From Desulfurococcales archaeon (GTDB lineage: Archaea > Thermoproteota > Thermoprotei_A > Sulfolobales > Desulfurococcaceae): a DNA stretch of 64,000 bases. Positions 29,824 through 39,509 of this stretch are shown here, piece by piece. The position numbers were made by a program, and so were the translations under genes. Every line of letters begins with the position of its first letter. The stretch's first letter is position 1. The stretch covers positions 320,001 through 384,000 of the forward strand of contig JALVYU010000031.1 of assembly GCA_027022365.1 (NCBI GenBank), in the 5' to 3' direction. The notes beneath the pieces were generated by a model. That model saw only the letters and a program-made list of their open reading frames with translations, did no database searches and was not told where the DNA came from.

Positions 29824-30798
29824 TTATCTCGACTGTGAGACAAAGAGACGCTGTATTCGTCTCCAGTATTTCCTTAATGGATGGTTTCTTGGAACACGTA
29901 TTCCTTCCTGGAGAAGATTATATGCTAGCAGGGAGTCTATCGTTGCAGCCGCTTCACCGAGCGTCTCGAGCCTCTTGATCGGACCGTACATTATGTAGTC
30001 GGCGCCCATGGTTCTTAGGTAGGCTATTGCGGCTGCGTTGACGCTGTAGTATGTCTGGGCGCCGTGCTTCTTCCTCGATATAATACCTATACTGTTAGCC
30101 GGGGCGCAGCCGCTGGGTATCCCTACGTGTTTTTTCACTAAGTATATGGTTTCGCCGCTGAGAGCTATGCTCGCGGGATCCAAGACAATAGCGTCCGCCA
30201 AGAGGTTCTTGAACCCCGCCTCCTCGGCCATCGGCTTGAGCTTCTCGGTGAGAAGCCTTAAGCGGTCACGGGGCCTGAGACTCCCCGTAGGGTTCCTGGG
30301 GTCGAACAATAGTAGTATGGCTGAGTCGACTCCTGCCTCTCTTATTAGGCCCAGCTCCTCCTTACTGGTATATGGGTCTACGCCGTTGGCGACTATTAGT
30401 TCTCCTAGCCCCTTCTCCCCGACAAGCCGGTAAGCCTGGGGCCTTGCGGCCTCGTCCGGTATGTCCAGGAACACGGGCGGCTCCAAGAGGTCGATAGTGT
30501 CTAGGATCTTCTCGACCAGCGGCTTATCCGGGATAATCAGGTCAACACCTAGCCCGAGGCCATAAGTGTCGGCAGCAGTTCTCGCCTTATTGTACACGTC
30601 TTCTACACAGGTTTTATCAACACTGTTCTCGCCTAGGCACTTGTCACCCATGTAGAACAGACTACCGATCATGAGCAACGGCTTCTCGCCCGGTATTCCC
30701 CCAAGCTTAACACCGCCTGGAAGCTCCGCCAGGAACTGCTCTGTCCAACCACTATAAGGGCCGATCATCACACGATCAGCTCCACTTATCCGGCTCAT
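29824..30798 (-). CDS. mtrH: Tetrahydromethanopterin S-methyltransferase subunit H-like methyltransferase
   Basis: GGVKLGGIPGEKP.LMIGSLFYMGD, LLADAIVLD.ASI, GIPSGCAPANS, GADYIMYGPI, HPL. Confidence 0.8.
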   Translation of the reverse strand: MSRISGADRVMIGPYSGWTEQFLAELPGGVKLGGIPGEKPLLMIGSLFYMGDKCLGENSVDKTCVEDVYNKARTAADTYGLGLGVDLIIPDKPLVEKILDTIDLLEPPVFLDIPDEAARPQAYRLVGEKGLGELIVANGVDPYTSKEELGLIREAGVDSAILLLFDPRNPTGSLRPRDRLRLLTEKLKPMAEEAGFKNLLADAIVLDPASIALSGETIYLVKKHVGIPSGCAPANSIGIISRKKHGAQTYYSVNAAAIAYLRTMGADYIMYGPIKRLETLGEAAATIDSLLAYNLLQEGIRVPRNHPLRKYWRRIQRLFVSQSR

Positions 30799-30946
30799 TA
30801 TTACTTATAATGACACTATACGGCTACTAAATTCTTAACTACCGAAAAATACAATCTTAACCCCCGGTAGGATTGGTAGCTCGTAGCATTTCCTGGATAT
30901 AAAAACATGTCATCGCCCGTGAAGATACTGGCAAATATTGTTTGAA

Positions 30947-32317
30947 CTATATTATTGCGTCTACTATCAACGCTACACCAAGTGGTACCATGTAATTTGT
31001 TGGGCGGCTATAGTGAAGTACGAGTATGCCTGGAACTGGTTCGGGGTTCATCCTGTAGAGGGTGATGTAGAGGTCGGCCTTCATGGAGCGTTCTATATAT
31101 CCTAATTCATCCATACTGGCTGGACTTAATACTACATATAAACTGCTTGTCCTTACAAGGTAGTGTTTGCCCGGGGATATCTCTATGGTTCCATTACGTG
31201 TTACTAGCTCTATCTTTCCAATCATGTCTCCTTTTACGGCAAGTATGGCGCTGACCACGTAGTTTCCACCGGGGATTCCTAGATGTATTGTGAGAGGCTC
31301 CATTATCTTACCCATCATGATGCTATATGATGTCCCTTTCTTGGCCGATGATGAGGTCGTTAAGACTGTGTAATCGATCCCCGGCGTATCCCTTGGATAA
31401 TAATCTAGGTTTACATGCAGATGGTAATATATGATCTCGGGCGCTATCACGCCATAGTATGATGTATATCCTCTAAATACTGGTTGGTAGAAGCCGTCCA
31501 GCCTGATCAGTGTTGCGGGCGGTGATAGAACCACCGATCTATAGGTGAATCCCCTGTTTACCAAGAGACGATAACTCTTGCCCCCAATATACAGCATATA
31601 GGTAGTTGTATCGGAGGGGTCAAAAGAATCGGTGTGGACGTAACCATTCTCCTTATCTAGGGCATAGATCATACTGCTTGTTGTGGCTAGTAAAGACAGG
31701 ATAACCAGTATAATGACTGGGTAGAGGAGGATAGTAGCTGTAATACTCCTAATCTTAGGCCTTGTAATCACTGTGTCCGGATATCCGGCGATAACCCATC
31801 CTTCAAACGCTTTGATCAAGATAGCGATAATTATTAGGAATAGTAGATAAGCTGTCGGAGCGGCTCTTAATGATATGAGTAGGTTGGTTGCGCCGACGAT
31901 GCAGTATGTGATTCCCAGTAAGAATGTTCTAAGGGGAAGATCCACGTGCATGTAGGCACCTATATATGCCAGGCCATAAGTTATTGATGGGGCGAACACT
32001 CCTGTGAATATAAGCAACATGTATAGGGTCTCATATGCGTCGGGATAAAGAGCTGATAAGATAGAGTAAGCTATCAATGATATGATCATCAGGAGGAATG
32101 AATAGATGATGTACTTGTAGTATATTGTGAGCCTCGGCTCTACAAGCTTAAAACTATGTGCGTAGAATAAGATGATGATTAATCCTATAGCATATATGGC
32201 TGGAGATAATATGGGGTCTAGCCATAACAATATTATGCCCACGATCTCTATGATTATGCCCGTGATCCCGACCGTTTTTAACCGTATTTGCAAGGATCCG
32301 GCTCCCCGCACGATCAT
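30947..32317 (-). CDS. Hypothetical membrane protein (N-terminal multi-TM region, extracellular domain)
   Basis: 456-aa ORF; about 7 TM segments followed by a beta-rich soluble domain. Confidence 0.75.
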   Translation of the reverse strand: MIVRGAGSLQIRLKTVGITGIIIEIVGIILLWLDPILSPAIYAIGLIIILFYAHSFKLVEPRLTIYYKYIIYSFLLMIISLIAYSILSALYPDAYETLYMLLIFTGVFAPSITYGLAYIGAYMHVDLPLRTFLLGITYCIVGATNLLISLRAAPTAYLLFLIIIAILIKAFEGWVIAGYPDTVITRPKIRSITATILLYPVIILVILSLLATTSSMIYALDKENGYVHTDSFDPSDTTTYMLYIGGKSYRLLVNRGFTYRSVVLSPPATLIRLDGFYQPVFRGYTSYYGVIAPEIIYYHLHVNLDYYPRDTPGIDYTVLTTSSSAKKGTSYSIMMGKIMEPLTIHLGIPGGNYVVSAILAVKGDMIGKIELVTRNGTIEISPGKHYLVRTSSLYVVLSPASMDELGYIERSMKADLYITLYRMNPEPVPGILVLHYSRPTNYMVPLGVALIVDAII

Positions 32318-32423
32318 CCTGTTCCATATCCATGTATCATTAAGGAAAATACTCGTCTGAAACCCGAATATAATGTTATAAAAAAGGGTTCGTTCTTAAA
32401 GGATTCCACTATAATAAAACGTG

Positions 32424-34322
32424 TTAGCCCGGCAGTAGGCCTTCTTCCTCGAGCCTGTCCGCCAGCCACTTGAGTCCTAGCTCTTCTAGTTTGGCGCGTG
32501 TTGGCCTGCCTTTGATCCATCCGCGTAGCTTGTAGTATTCGGGTAGCATCTCGTGTAGTCTGACCACGTGTCCTTTGCTAGGTCCCTCTTTGATTGGTTC
32601 TTCGAGTAGGCGCTTCGGCAGGGTATCGTATTCTTCGCCGTCGCCGAAGCTTAGGACGTTGAATGCTCTCTCAGCATTATATATTCTCTCGCCCGTCTTC
32701 ATGACGTCTTCCTTGGTGTAGTTCCAGCCAACTACTGCTGATATTATTTTGGCGTAGTCTTCGGCCCATACTGCGAAGGTGCTGAACTTACAGACGATCA
32801 TCGAGTCCACTACTGCGAATACGTCCTGGAACTCTTTGACTAGAGCTGGTTTGCCCTTGGTCTCGAACCTGTCGACTAGTGTTGGTACACCCAGTACCTC
32901 CGGGCTTATCATGTAGGCTCTCAGGTGGCATCCTCCACGGTTGCTGGTCGCGTATCCTAGTCCGTGGCCTTGTGCGCCGCGCGGGTCATATGCTGGTAGT
33001 TCTTGTTTGCGGACCGACATGCTGACCTCTGGCGCCCCGTATTTCTGGCAGAGCCTGTAGCTACCCTCTGCTAGGTCGTCGCCGATGCCGCTCCTGTATG
33101 CTATCCTCCATGTCAGCTCGACTATTACTTCTGGGGTGCCCCACTTCGCGTGGAGGCCTCGTAGTTTCTCCTCAGGTATCTTGCCTAGCTCTACCAGTTC
33201 TAGGAAGGCCGCTATGGTTGCTCCGGTGCTTATCGTGTCTAGTCCCAGCTCATTGGCTAGGTAGTTTGCCTTCATGATCGCGTGCATGTCGAATATTCCG
33301 GTGTCTGCTCCGAACGCCCAGATTGTCTCGTATTCGGGGCCACCGCCTTCTCCGCTGAACGGGCTCTTGGCCTTTGTGTAGCGGGCACATGTGATCATGC
33401 ATCCCCAGCACGCCTCCTCTAGGCTCTTCTTCTTGTCGAGGTATTTCTCGGCCATTGTTTCTCCGCTTATCTTGTCGGCGTGGGGGAACACGCTTTCCCT
33501 GAAGTTCTTGGTGGGGAATATTCCTGCGTTGTTGATTATGTTGACGAGGACTGCTGTTCCGAGCTTGGGTAATCCCTCGCTCGTCACGGGGTTCTCGCGG
33601 TGTTTGCGGGCTGCCTCCTTGGCTACTTCTCTGAATAACGCCTCGTTCGCTATCTTGGGCTTCTCGTGTCCCAGGACAGCTATTGCTTTGACTTTCTTAC
33701 TGCCCATTACTGCTCCGTGCCCGCCTCTGCCCGCGGCCCTGTTCTTATCGTTCATTATGGCGGCGAACCTGACGAGGTTCTCGCCGGCAGGGCCTATTGC
33801 CGCGACCTTTATGTTCTTGGCCTCGTCTCTACCTATTTCGGCTGAGAGCTCCTCTATGATCTTGTCTGTCGTGTGGTGGACGTCTAGCCCCCAGAGATGG
33901 TGGGCGTCCCTGATCTCGGCTTTCCCGTCATGTATCCATATGTAGACGGGCTTCTCCGTGGTCTCCTCGAGTATGATCCCGTCGAACCCCGCGAACTTCA
34001 GCATGGGCCCGAATTTCCCGCCGCTCTGGCTATCGTGGATCGTATCTGTCAATGGGCTCTTGGTTACACTGCACCATCTACCGCTCTCGGGGACACCAGC
34101 TACCCCTGTTACCGGGCCTGTTAGGACGAACAACTTGTTGCTGGGACTGAGCGGGTCACATCGTGGCGGGATCTCTTTGAGCGCTAGATAGACTCCTAGG
34201 CCTCTACCGCCGATCCACATCTTGAGAACATTCTCGGGCGGAAGGGGCTCAATTCTTATCTTCTCGTTCCAGAGGTTAATACGAGCTAGTCTGCCCATGT
34301 AGCCTCCTAGCAAGAATTCCAT
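32424..34322 (-). CDS. aor: Tungsten-containing aldehyde:ferredoxin oxidoreductase
   Basis: GGRGLG, KSPLT, IGPAGENLVRFA, RAAGRGG.GAVMGSK, CWGCMITC, GPEYET, GLDTIS, YDPRG, SNRGGCH. Confidence 0.95.
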   Translation of the reverse strand: MEFLLGGYMGRLARINLWNEKIRIEPLPPENVLKMWIGGRGLGVYLALKEIPPRCDPLSPSNKLFVLTGPVTGVAGVPESGRWCSVTKSPLTDTIHDSQSGGKFGPMLKFAGFDGIILEETTEKPVYIWIHDGKAEIRDAHHLWGLDVHHTTDKIIEELSAEIGRDEAKNIKVAAIGPAGENLVRFAAIMNDKNRAAGRGGHGAVMGSKKVKAIAVLGHEKPKIANEALFREVAKEAARKHRENPVTSEGLPKLGTAVLVNIINNAGIFPTKNFRESVFPHADKISGETMAEKYLDKKKSLEEACWGCMITCARYTKAKSPFSGEGGGPEYETIWAFGADTGIFDMHAIMKANYLANELGLDTISTGATIAAFLELVELGKIPEEKLRGLHAKWGTPEVIVELTWRIAYRSGIGDDLAEGSYRLCQKYGAPEVSMSVRKQELPAYDPRGAQGHGLGYATSNRGGCHLRAYMISPEVLGVPTLVDRFETKGKPALVKEFQDVFAVVDSMIVCKFSTFAVWAEDYAKIISAVVGWNYTKEDVMKTGERIYNAERAFNVLSFGDGEEYDTLPKRLLEEPIKEGPSKGHVVRLHEMLPEYYKLRGWIKGRPTRAKLEELGLKWLADRLEEEGLLPG

Positions 34323-34589
34323 CCCCAGTTTATGGTTTTGTAAACGTTTTTCTAAAACTTTTCGTTAGTAACATACAGATTATTATCTGTTGATAAACTG
34401 TTCGTCTTTCTGTATATTTTGTTTGATTCCACGGTTTTCCCACTAAAACATGTCAATGAAAAAAGGTTGAACACATTGAATCATATAGATAAGTATATTT
34501 TTCATATAAAAACAGAAACAGTAATAAACTCGATGAAACATCGGAAAATAATGAATAAAAGTTCATCAAATAAAAAGGAGGCGAAGAAT

Positions 34590-34982
34590 ATGAGTCAAGG
34601 TCCCAAGATCATAGGTAAAGACGCTCTTGGAAGACCAATAAAAGACTTCTCAAGCATCCCGTGGTGGGGCGTACCAAGGAAACAGATACCCTGGTATCCC
34701 CGGATAAATTATGAGCGGTGTATAGGATGTGGAATATGCTTCATAACATGTGCGGGCAGAACAGTCTACGACTGGGACTTCGAGAAAATGAGGCCTATTA
34801 TCGCCAGGCCATACAACTGCATGGTCGGATGCGACACATGCGCAAAAATGTGCCCGCGCGACGCGATCATATTCCCACACCTAGGAGAACTAAGAGCATG
34901 GCGGGACAAGTACCAGGTAATAACAAAGGCGAGGAAGAAGCTCGAGGAGATCAAGAAGAAAATGGGTGAGAACAAGGGATGA
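34590..34982 (+). CDS. 2[4Fe-4S] ferredoxin family protein
   Basis: CIGCGICFITC and CMVGCDTCAKMCP; GGAGG RBS before the ATG at 34590 (the ORF-track start at 34419 is in promoter DNA). Confidence 0.9.
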   Translation: MSQGPKIIGKDALGRPIKDFSSIPWWGVPRKQIPWYPRINYERCIGCGICFITCAGRTVYDWDFEKMRPIIARPYNCMVGCDTCAKMCPRDAIIFPHLGELRAWRDKYQVITKARKKLEEIKKKMGENKG

Positions 34983-35299
34983 GCAAGGAGTTACCGACAC
35001 CTATGAAAACACTTGGTGAAGTATCAGCCGAGCTACTAGAGGCTTTCAAGAAGCTTAGAGAAGTTGCACAGAAGCCCGGCAGACTGGATAAAAAGACCAA
35101 GCGGCTAGCGTTGACTGCTGCGTATGCGTCTATAGGATGCGTTGATTGTCTCGCGGGATGTATTATCGAGGGGCTTAGAGAAGGAATAGATCTCAATGAA
35201 CTATTGGAAGCGGCATCGATAGCAGTTCTTGTTCATGGTGCTGAAGCGGTTATAACGATCCATAAAGCGGTCAGCATAGTGAAGACCAAGATGAAATAA
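34979..35299 (+). CDS. Carboxymuconolactone decarboxylase/AhpD-like protein
   Basis: PGRLDKKTKRLAL....IGCVDC, ELLEA; ATGA overlap with the ferredoxin. Confidence 0.85.
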   Translation: MSKELPTPMKTLGEVSAELLEAFKKLREVAQKPGRLDKKTKRLALTAAYASIGCVDCLAGCIIEGLREGIDLNELLEAASIAVLVHGAEAVITIHKAVSIVKTKMK

Positions 35300-35316
35300 T
35301 ACACTTACACAGCATA

Positions 35317-35892
35317 TTATTTAAAAAAGGTTTTCTCCCGGGGATAAAACATCTTCTTGACTATATCACCATACTTCTCGGGCGGTATACACTCATGTGG
35401 AGTTAGAACATAACATATCAATGAACCTATGAGGCTCCTAATCCTTACACGTTCTTCTACACCATCGTTTCCATAAACTTTCCTGGCAAGAATAGTTATC
35501 GTTGAGCTACATAGCCTGGAGATCTCCCGGTCTATCTCTTCGTCGAGGGCTTGGTAGGAAAACGTGAACAGCAGTAGTCTCCTCATGCGTTTGTCATAGT
35601 ATTTCTCTAGAAAACCGTAGACTATGCAGTCAATAAGCTCTTTTCCCTCATATTTATCTGCGCATTCCTCGAGAAGTGTGCGTGGTAGAACTCTGAGAGC
35701 GACTTCTCTTATTAGGTTCTTCTTTGACTTGAAATACCAGAATATAAGGCCCTTGGAAACACCTGCTCTGACCGCGATCTCGTCTATGCTTGCCCCACTG
35801 TACCCCTTCTCCGAGAACACGTCAATGGCCGCATCAACGATCTTATCTCGTGTGTTACTCAACACTTCTTCCCTATGAACATCTTGTAACAT
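35317..35892 (-). CDS. TetR/AcrR family transcriptional regulator
   Basis: TRDKIVDAAIDVFSEKGYSGASIDEIA.RAGVSKGLIFWYFKSK. Confidence 0.95.
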   Translation of the reverse strand: MLQDVHREEVLSNTRDKIVDAAIDVFSEKGYSGASIDEIAVRAGVSKGLIFWYFKSKKNLIREVALRVLPRTLLEECADKYEGKELIDCIVYGFLEKYYDKRMRRLLLFTFSYQALDEEIDREISRLCSSTITILARKVYGNDGVEERVRIRSLIGSLICYVLTPHECIPPEKYGDIVKKMFYPREKTFFK

Positions 35893-35952
35893 AGCATAAT
35901 TACAATATATATAAAGTAGAAAAATAGTGTTTTATCAGATAAAAACCCCGTC

Positions 35953-36948
35953 CTAATAAGTTTGCGTGTTTTTTATCCTTGCTAATACGTGGAGATACAG
36001 GATACAGAGTACAGGCTGGATTGCAGGGATTATTGCCGGGGCTACCGTGGCAGCTCCGCCCAGTGCGACCGCTGAGATTATTGTCGCAGCGCTCTCGTTC
36101 TTAGATATACTGACATACGCTATTGCTGTGTGTTCACCATATCTTATTCCGAGTATTCTAGTGATGATCCACAATATACCGAGAACGACGAGTATGATTG
36201 ATGCTTGGCCGAAAATTATTGTGGCTGCTATGTATGGCTTATTCACGATTATCGGAGCCTTACTCATTATCAGCAAGAATATCAGTGATAGCATACAAGT
36301 CATCGTTATGAATGATAGGTAGGGCCCGATCCTTCTCTCATCCACCTGTTTCTTATGTATAAGGTAGTATCGGGTTATCTGGCCCAGTACTAGAGGCGTG
36401 ATGAGAGCTATCAGCATAGACACTGCTATTTTAGATACAGGTATTCTCACCATTTCAAGGCTTCCGTAATATTCCAGATAAAGTGGCCCAACGAAGAGCG
36501 AGCCGAGGATCGTTATGAAGACTAGAGATGTAGCCAGCTCAATGCTCCCCTCGGCTAACAATACGTAGCCCACTGACGCACTGCTGGCAGGAACAATATT
36601 TGCCGCAACGTATCCCAGCCTTATAGTTGGGTCTGGGAGATAATTCGCTATCAGCATTGATAGAGCTGGTGCTATGATAAGTGTTAGGAGGATTGCTGTT
36701 AGAAGTGACTTGGTATCTCTCAGCGCTCCACCTATCTTTTCTAATCGTAGCTTTATCATCGATGGGTAGAGTGTCGATATCGCTAAGATTATTATGATGT
36801 ACTTTAGTAGCTCCTTGTGCTGCTTTACCGCCGGTGCTATATAGTATCCGGTTATAGTGCCCGCTATTAGGGCTACTATTGTTAGTACAAGAAGGTATTT
36901 CTTCATTATTGCTTCTATTGTTGTTATTTTAGCCATTTTGTTCACCAT
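35953..36948 (-). CDS. Acr3/bile acid:Na+ symporter (BART) family transporter
   Basis: About 10 TMs; LYPSM, IIAPAL, PASSAS...LAEGS, ITPLVLGQ, SKNESAA. Confidence 0.85.
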   Translation of the reverse strand: MVNKMAKITTIEAIMKKYLLVLTIVALIAGTITGYYIAPAVKQHKELLKYIIIILAISTLYPSMIKLRLEKIGGALRDTKSLLTAILLTLIIAPALSMLIANYLPDPTIRLGYVAANIVPASSASVGYVLLAEGSIELATSLVFITILGSLFVGPLYLEYYGSLEMVRIPVSKIAVSMLIALITPLVLGQITRYYLIHKKQVDERRIGPYLSFITMTCMLSLIFLLIMSKAPIIVNKPYIAATIIFGQASIILVVLGILWIITRILGIRYGEHTAIAYVSISKNESAATIISAVALGGAATVAPAIIPAIQPVLCILYLHVLARIKNTQTY

Positions 36949-36968
36949 TGACTGACTGGTCAGTCAAT
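36947..36968. promoter_or_regulatory. TetR-type palindromic operator at the transporter start codon
   Basis: ATTGACTGAC-TG-GTCAGTCAAT, a perfect 10-bp inverted repeat; the TetR gene is immediately downstream. Confidence 0.8.
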
Positions 36969-37034
36969 TAGAGAATCGATAAAGTAATTTAAAAATATTT
37001 CGAACTTCATATGAGTTATATTATAATAGAATGG

Positions 37035-37597
37035 CTAGAAGCTAGAGAACATGATACTGGCTACCACGTATAATCGATTACATAAACGCTCCAAGTCACG
37101 TAGGCCTCTCTCATCCTTCAGCGCATCACCGTACTTGTATCCTCTAATCCTTGCACCTCTGGCAGAGAATCGTCTCGTGTTTCAACCCCCACGAATATAT
37201 GGGCTGTATTGCTGTATCCAAGCCATATCCCCTTCCGACGACAATAGCTCCGAGAATCTTGGTTTTGAGAAATCCTCTGATACACCATGTTCTATCCATG
37301 ATTTTTTTTCACTAGTGCCGTGGCGTTGTCAAAGTATACTGGAAAGGACACTATAATTATATGAGCCTTCATTATTATTGGTATTATCTTCTCGGTCATA
37401 TCATCCATAATACAGCACTTCTTTATTTCAACACATCTCCTACATCCCATGCGCTCGCCGAAACGATATTCTCTAAGCCTTATAAGGTAGACATGAATGC
37501 CTTTACGCTGAAGGTGCCCAGCAGCATTCACGGCTAATAGCTCTGTATTGCTCCTAGCTCTAGTTGACCCTGTAATGATGGCAGTCCTCAGCACCAC
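37035..37597 (-). pseudogene. Flavodoxin/iron-sulfur flavoprotein (NADPH-dependent FMN reductase family), frameshifted at an A8 tract (37302-37309)
   Basis: ITGSTRARSNT...CRRC....C...DDM...PVYF; removing one A gives VKKIMDRTWCIRGFLKTKILGAIVVGRGYG... ending at TAG 37035. Confidence 0.85.
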
Positions 37598-37943
37598 TTC
37601 CTCGGCACCCCTGACCAATGTACTCAGTTGCTTCTCCATTCAAGAACTTTCTTATAGCCTCATCAGCATTAAGAGCCCCAACGATAAATATCTTAACATT
37701 ATTTCTACGGAGAAAATCCAAGGCCTTAAAACCTATACCGCCCTGCTCCGGCAGAAGGACAGCGTCGACAAGGCCCGCAAAGTACTGGCCTGCCGGGATG
37801 CCGTGCCCACGAGGATTCTCCATACATTTCACCATAATAGTATCGTTATTGCGTATATCCACGACTATGAAGCCGCCTGCCCTACCAAAATGTGGAGAGA
37901 GCCTTTTTGTTGTGCATTCTTCTACCGGGATCAATACCTTCAT
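37560..37943 (-). CDS. NifB/NifX family (FeMo-cofactor-binding-like) protein
   Basis: SPHFGRA.GFIVVD, ENP, VDAVL...GGIG.KA...L. Confidence 0.88.
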   Translation of the reverse strand: MKVLIPVEECTTKRLSPHFGRAGGFIVVDIRNNDTIMVKCMENPRGHGIPAGQYFAGLVDAVLLPEQGGIGFKALDFLRRNNVKIFIVGALNADEAIRKFLNGEATEYIGQGCRGSGAEDCHHYRVN

Positions 37944-38034
37944 GGCTCACCGCCACTTAGATAACTACATAGTATGTATAATATAAAATAGACTATCCTC
38001 ATATGATATAAAATAAAGATAAAACTACAATCAC

Positions 38035-38451
38035 AACTAAGCAATACCCTAGCCTTCTCAAATCGTTTATTACTGGCTTCATCTCATCTTCTTGCTTTTT
38101 AAAGAGAGGCGTGACATTCACTGCTTTTGCAGTTGCTATAACGTATGTTTCTTTAATTCCCCAGCTCTTAATGCTATATCTTCATCTACGCTAATCACAT
38201 ATGTTTTACTTCTAATTCATTCTGTAAAATCAAGTGCCTCTTTATTGGGTTTATTTACTCCTGAAGCCTCGTATATTCTTGAGGCAATATAAAGTATAAA
38301 GTGTTTCACTTAGAGTAACAGTATTTACATACAGATCCAACTGTCTGGCCTTGGTTTTTCTCGAATAATCTGGTAACTACAGACCTATAAGGGGCTCCCT
38401 CATGATTGTATATTCTATAATTACACTCGTGTCAAGAACCAACATTCTCAC
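38035..38451 (-). pseudogene. vapC: Decayed VapC/PIN-domain toxin gene
   Basis: Fragments in shifting frames: MLVLDTSVIIEY / LYVNTVTLSETLY / IASRIYE...EALDF.E* / DEDIALRAGELKK / YVIATAK...PLFKK.EDEM. Several frameshifts, an in-frame stop and a deletion. 3' end approximate. Confidence 0.8.
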
Positions 38452-38689
38452 TATAAATCATTTCTCTATATCTCTTTGTTTCGAGACTATCCTCCTTGCG
38501 GAGAAGTTCGAAGACAATCCTCGAGTCAACATCAACGACTCTAGGCTTTAAAGCCCTAAGGAGAATCTTATCACTAGCAACATCTATCATAACCTCATCC
38601 TCCCCATCAATGCCCGTTGCTTCCCTAAGATTTTTTGGCAAAACTATCACATCCTTCTTACGGACATTCAAAACAACTCTCATATACAT
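38432..38689 (-). CDS. vapB: AbrB/MazE/SpoVT-type antitoxin (VapB)
   Basis: VRKK.VIVLPK.LREA.GI..EDEV......KILLR; overlaps the start of the vapC remnant. Confidence 0.8.
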   Translation of the reverse strand: MYMRVVLNVRKKDVIVLPKNLREATGIDGEDEVMIDVASDKILLRALKPRVVDVDSRIVFELLRKEDSLETKRYREMIYSENVGS

Positions 38690-38690
38690 T

Positions 38691-38714
38691 CTTAATTAAA
38701 ACCTTAATTAAAAC
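38691..38714. repeat. Tandem 12-bp duplication (CTTAATTAAAAC x2) at the vapBC promoter
   Basis: Exact tandem repeat, each copy containing the palindrome TTAATTAA, just upstream of vapB. Confidence 0.75.
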
Positions 38715-39215
38715 ATGGTAAAAAACGAACGAATATAGTTAAACCATACCTAGCAAGTACATCCTAGATAGTATAGTTAGACACTGATCCAACAAGACTA
38801 TCCTGGTCTTTTAGCTATTCCTCTAACGATATATTGAGCTACATTTCTTTCTGTGCACTCATTATCGATTATGTATGGGTTCGCAGTGTCATGTCTAGAG
38901 GCTATTATCTCACCTAGTAGGGCATTACTTCAAGACAATTATATTCAAGGAGAAGAGTAGTGCAATCCGGTACTAGGCGGTGCAATCTAGCAATCTAGAA
39001 ATATATTTCAACGCTAGACCGATTATGGTTCTCCTTTGTTTCCTGCCCCTTTAAGACTATTTTCTGGGGAACAGGTATTCTAGAAGGAGAGGTCTATATC
39101 GTTTGTTCTATTATGGTTTTAGCTTGTATTGATACGGATGGTATTACTGCTTATTATATATTATTATGTATTATCCTATCCGTAGTGAATCTCGTAGGGA
39201 GGTGCTATTGCTGCT

Positions 39216-39482
39216 GTGAAAATACGTGTTAAGGTCTTCTTCACGCTGAGAGAGAGGCTCGGCTGGAAGGAAAAACTGGTGGAGCTACCGGAGAATGCCA
39301 AGCTTAAGGACCTGCTGGATCTCCTACCCGCGATTAAGGAGGAGATCAACCGATATAGAGTCAGGGGCTACAACATGATAATAATGATTAATGGGAGACA
39401 CGCCGAGTTCCTTGGAGGGCTCGACGCTGAACTCCATGAAGGGGATGAGGTTGCCTTCTTCCCGCCGGCTGCTGGTGGATAA
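39216..39482 (+). CDS. moaD: MoaD/ThiS-family sulfur carrier (ubiquitin-like)
   Basis: Beta-grasp pattern VKVFFTLRE...INGR...GDEVAFFPPAAGG with C-terminal GG. Confidence 0.9.
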   Translation: MKIRVKVFFTLRERLGWKEKLVELPENAKLKDLLDLLPAIKEEINRYRVRGYNMIIMINGRHAEFLGGLDAELHEGDEVAFFPPAAGG

Positions 39483-39509
39483 AAGTTATGAAAAATACTC
39501 CCTGGGTTT

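Noticed and set aside
32396-32424. KDSTI(I)KRV peptide shared between spurious ORFs at 32288 and 63039
   Set aside because: DNA identity is poor and both ORFs overlap real genes or terminator regions, so it is likely coincidence.
34364-34372. GTTAGTAAC as a SurR site (GTTn3AAC)
   Set aside because: Short motif, and SurR is characterised in Thermococcales, so it cannot be assigned here.
34419-34589. N-terminal extension of the ferredoxin ORF (similar extensions at 25769, 42586, 56381 and 57741)
   Set aside because: They run through promoter DNA or the upstream gene; better RBS-linked starts lie downstream.
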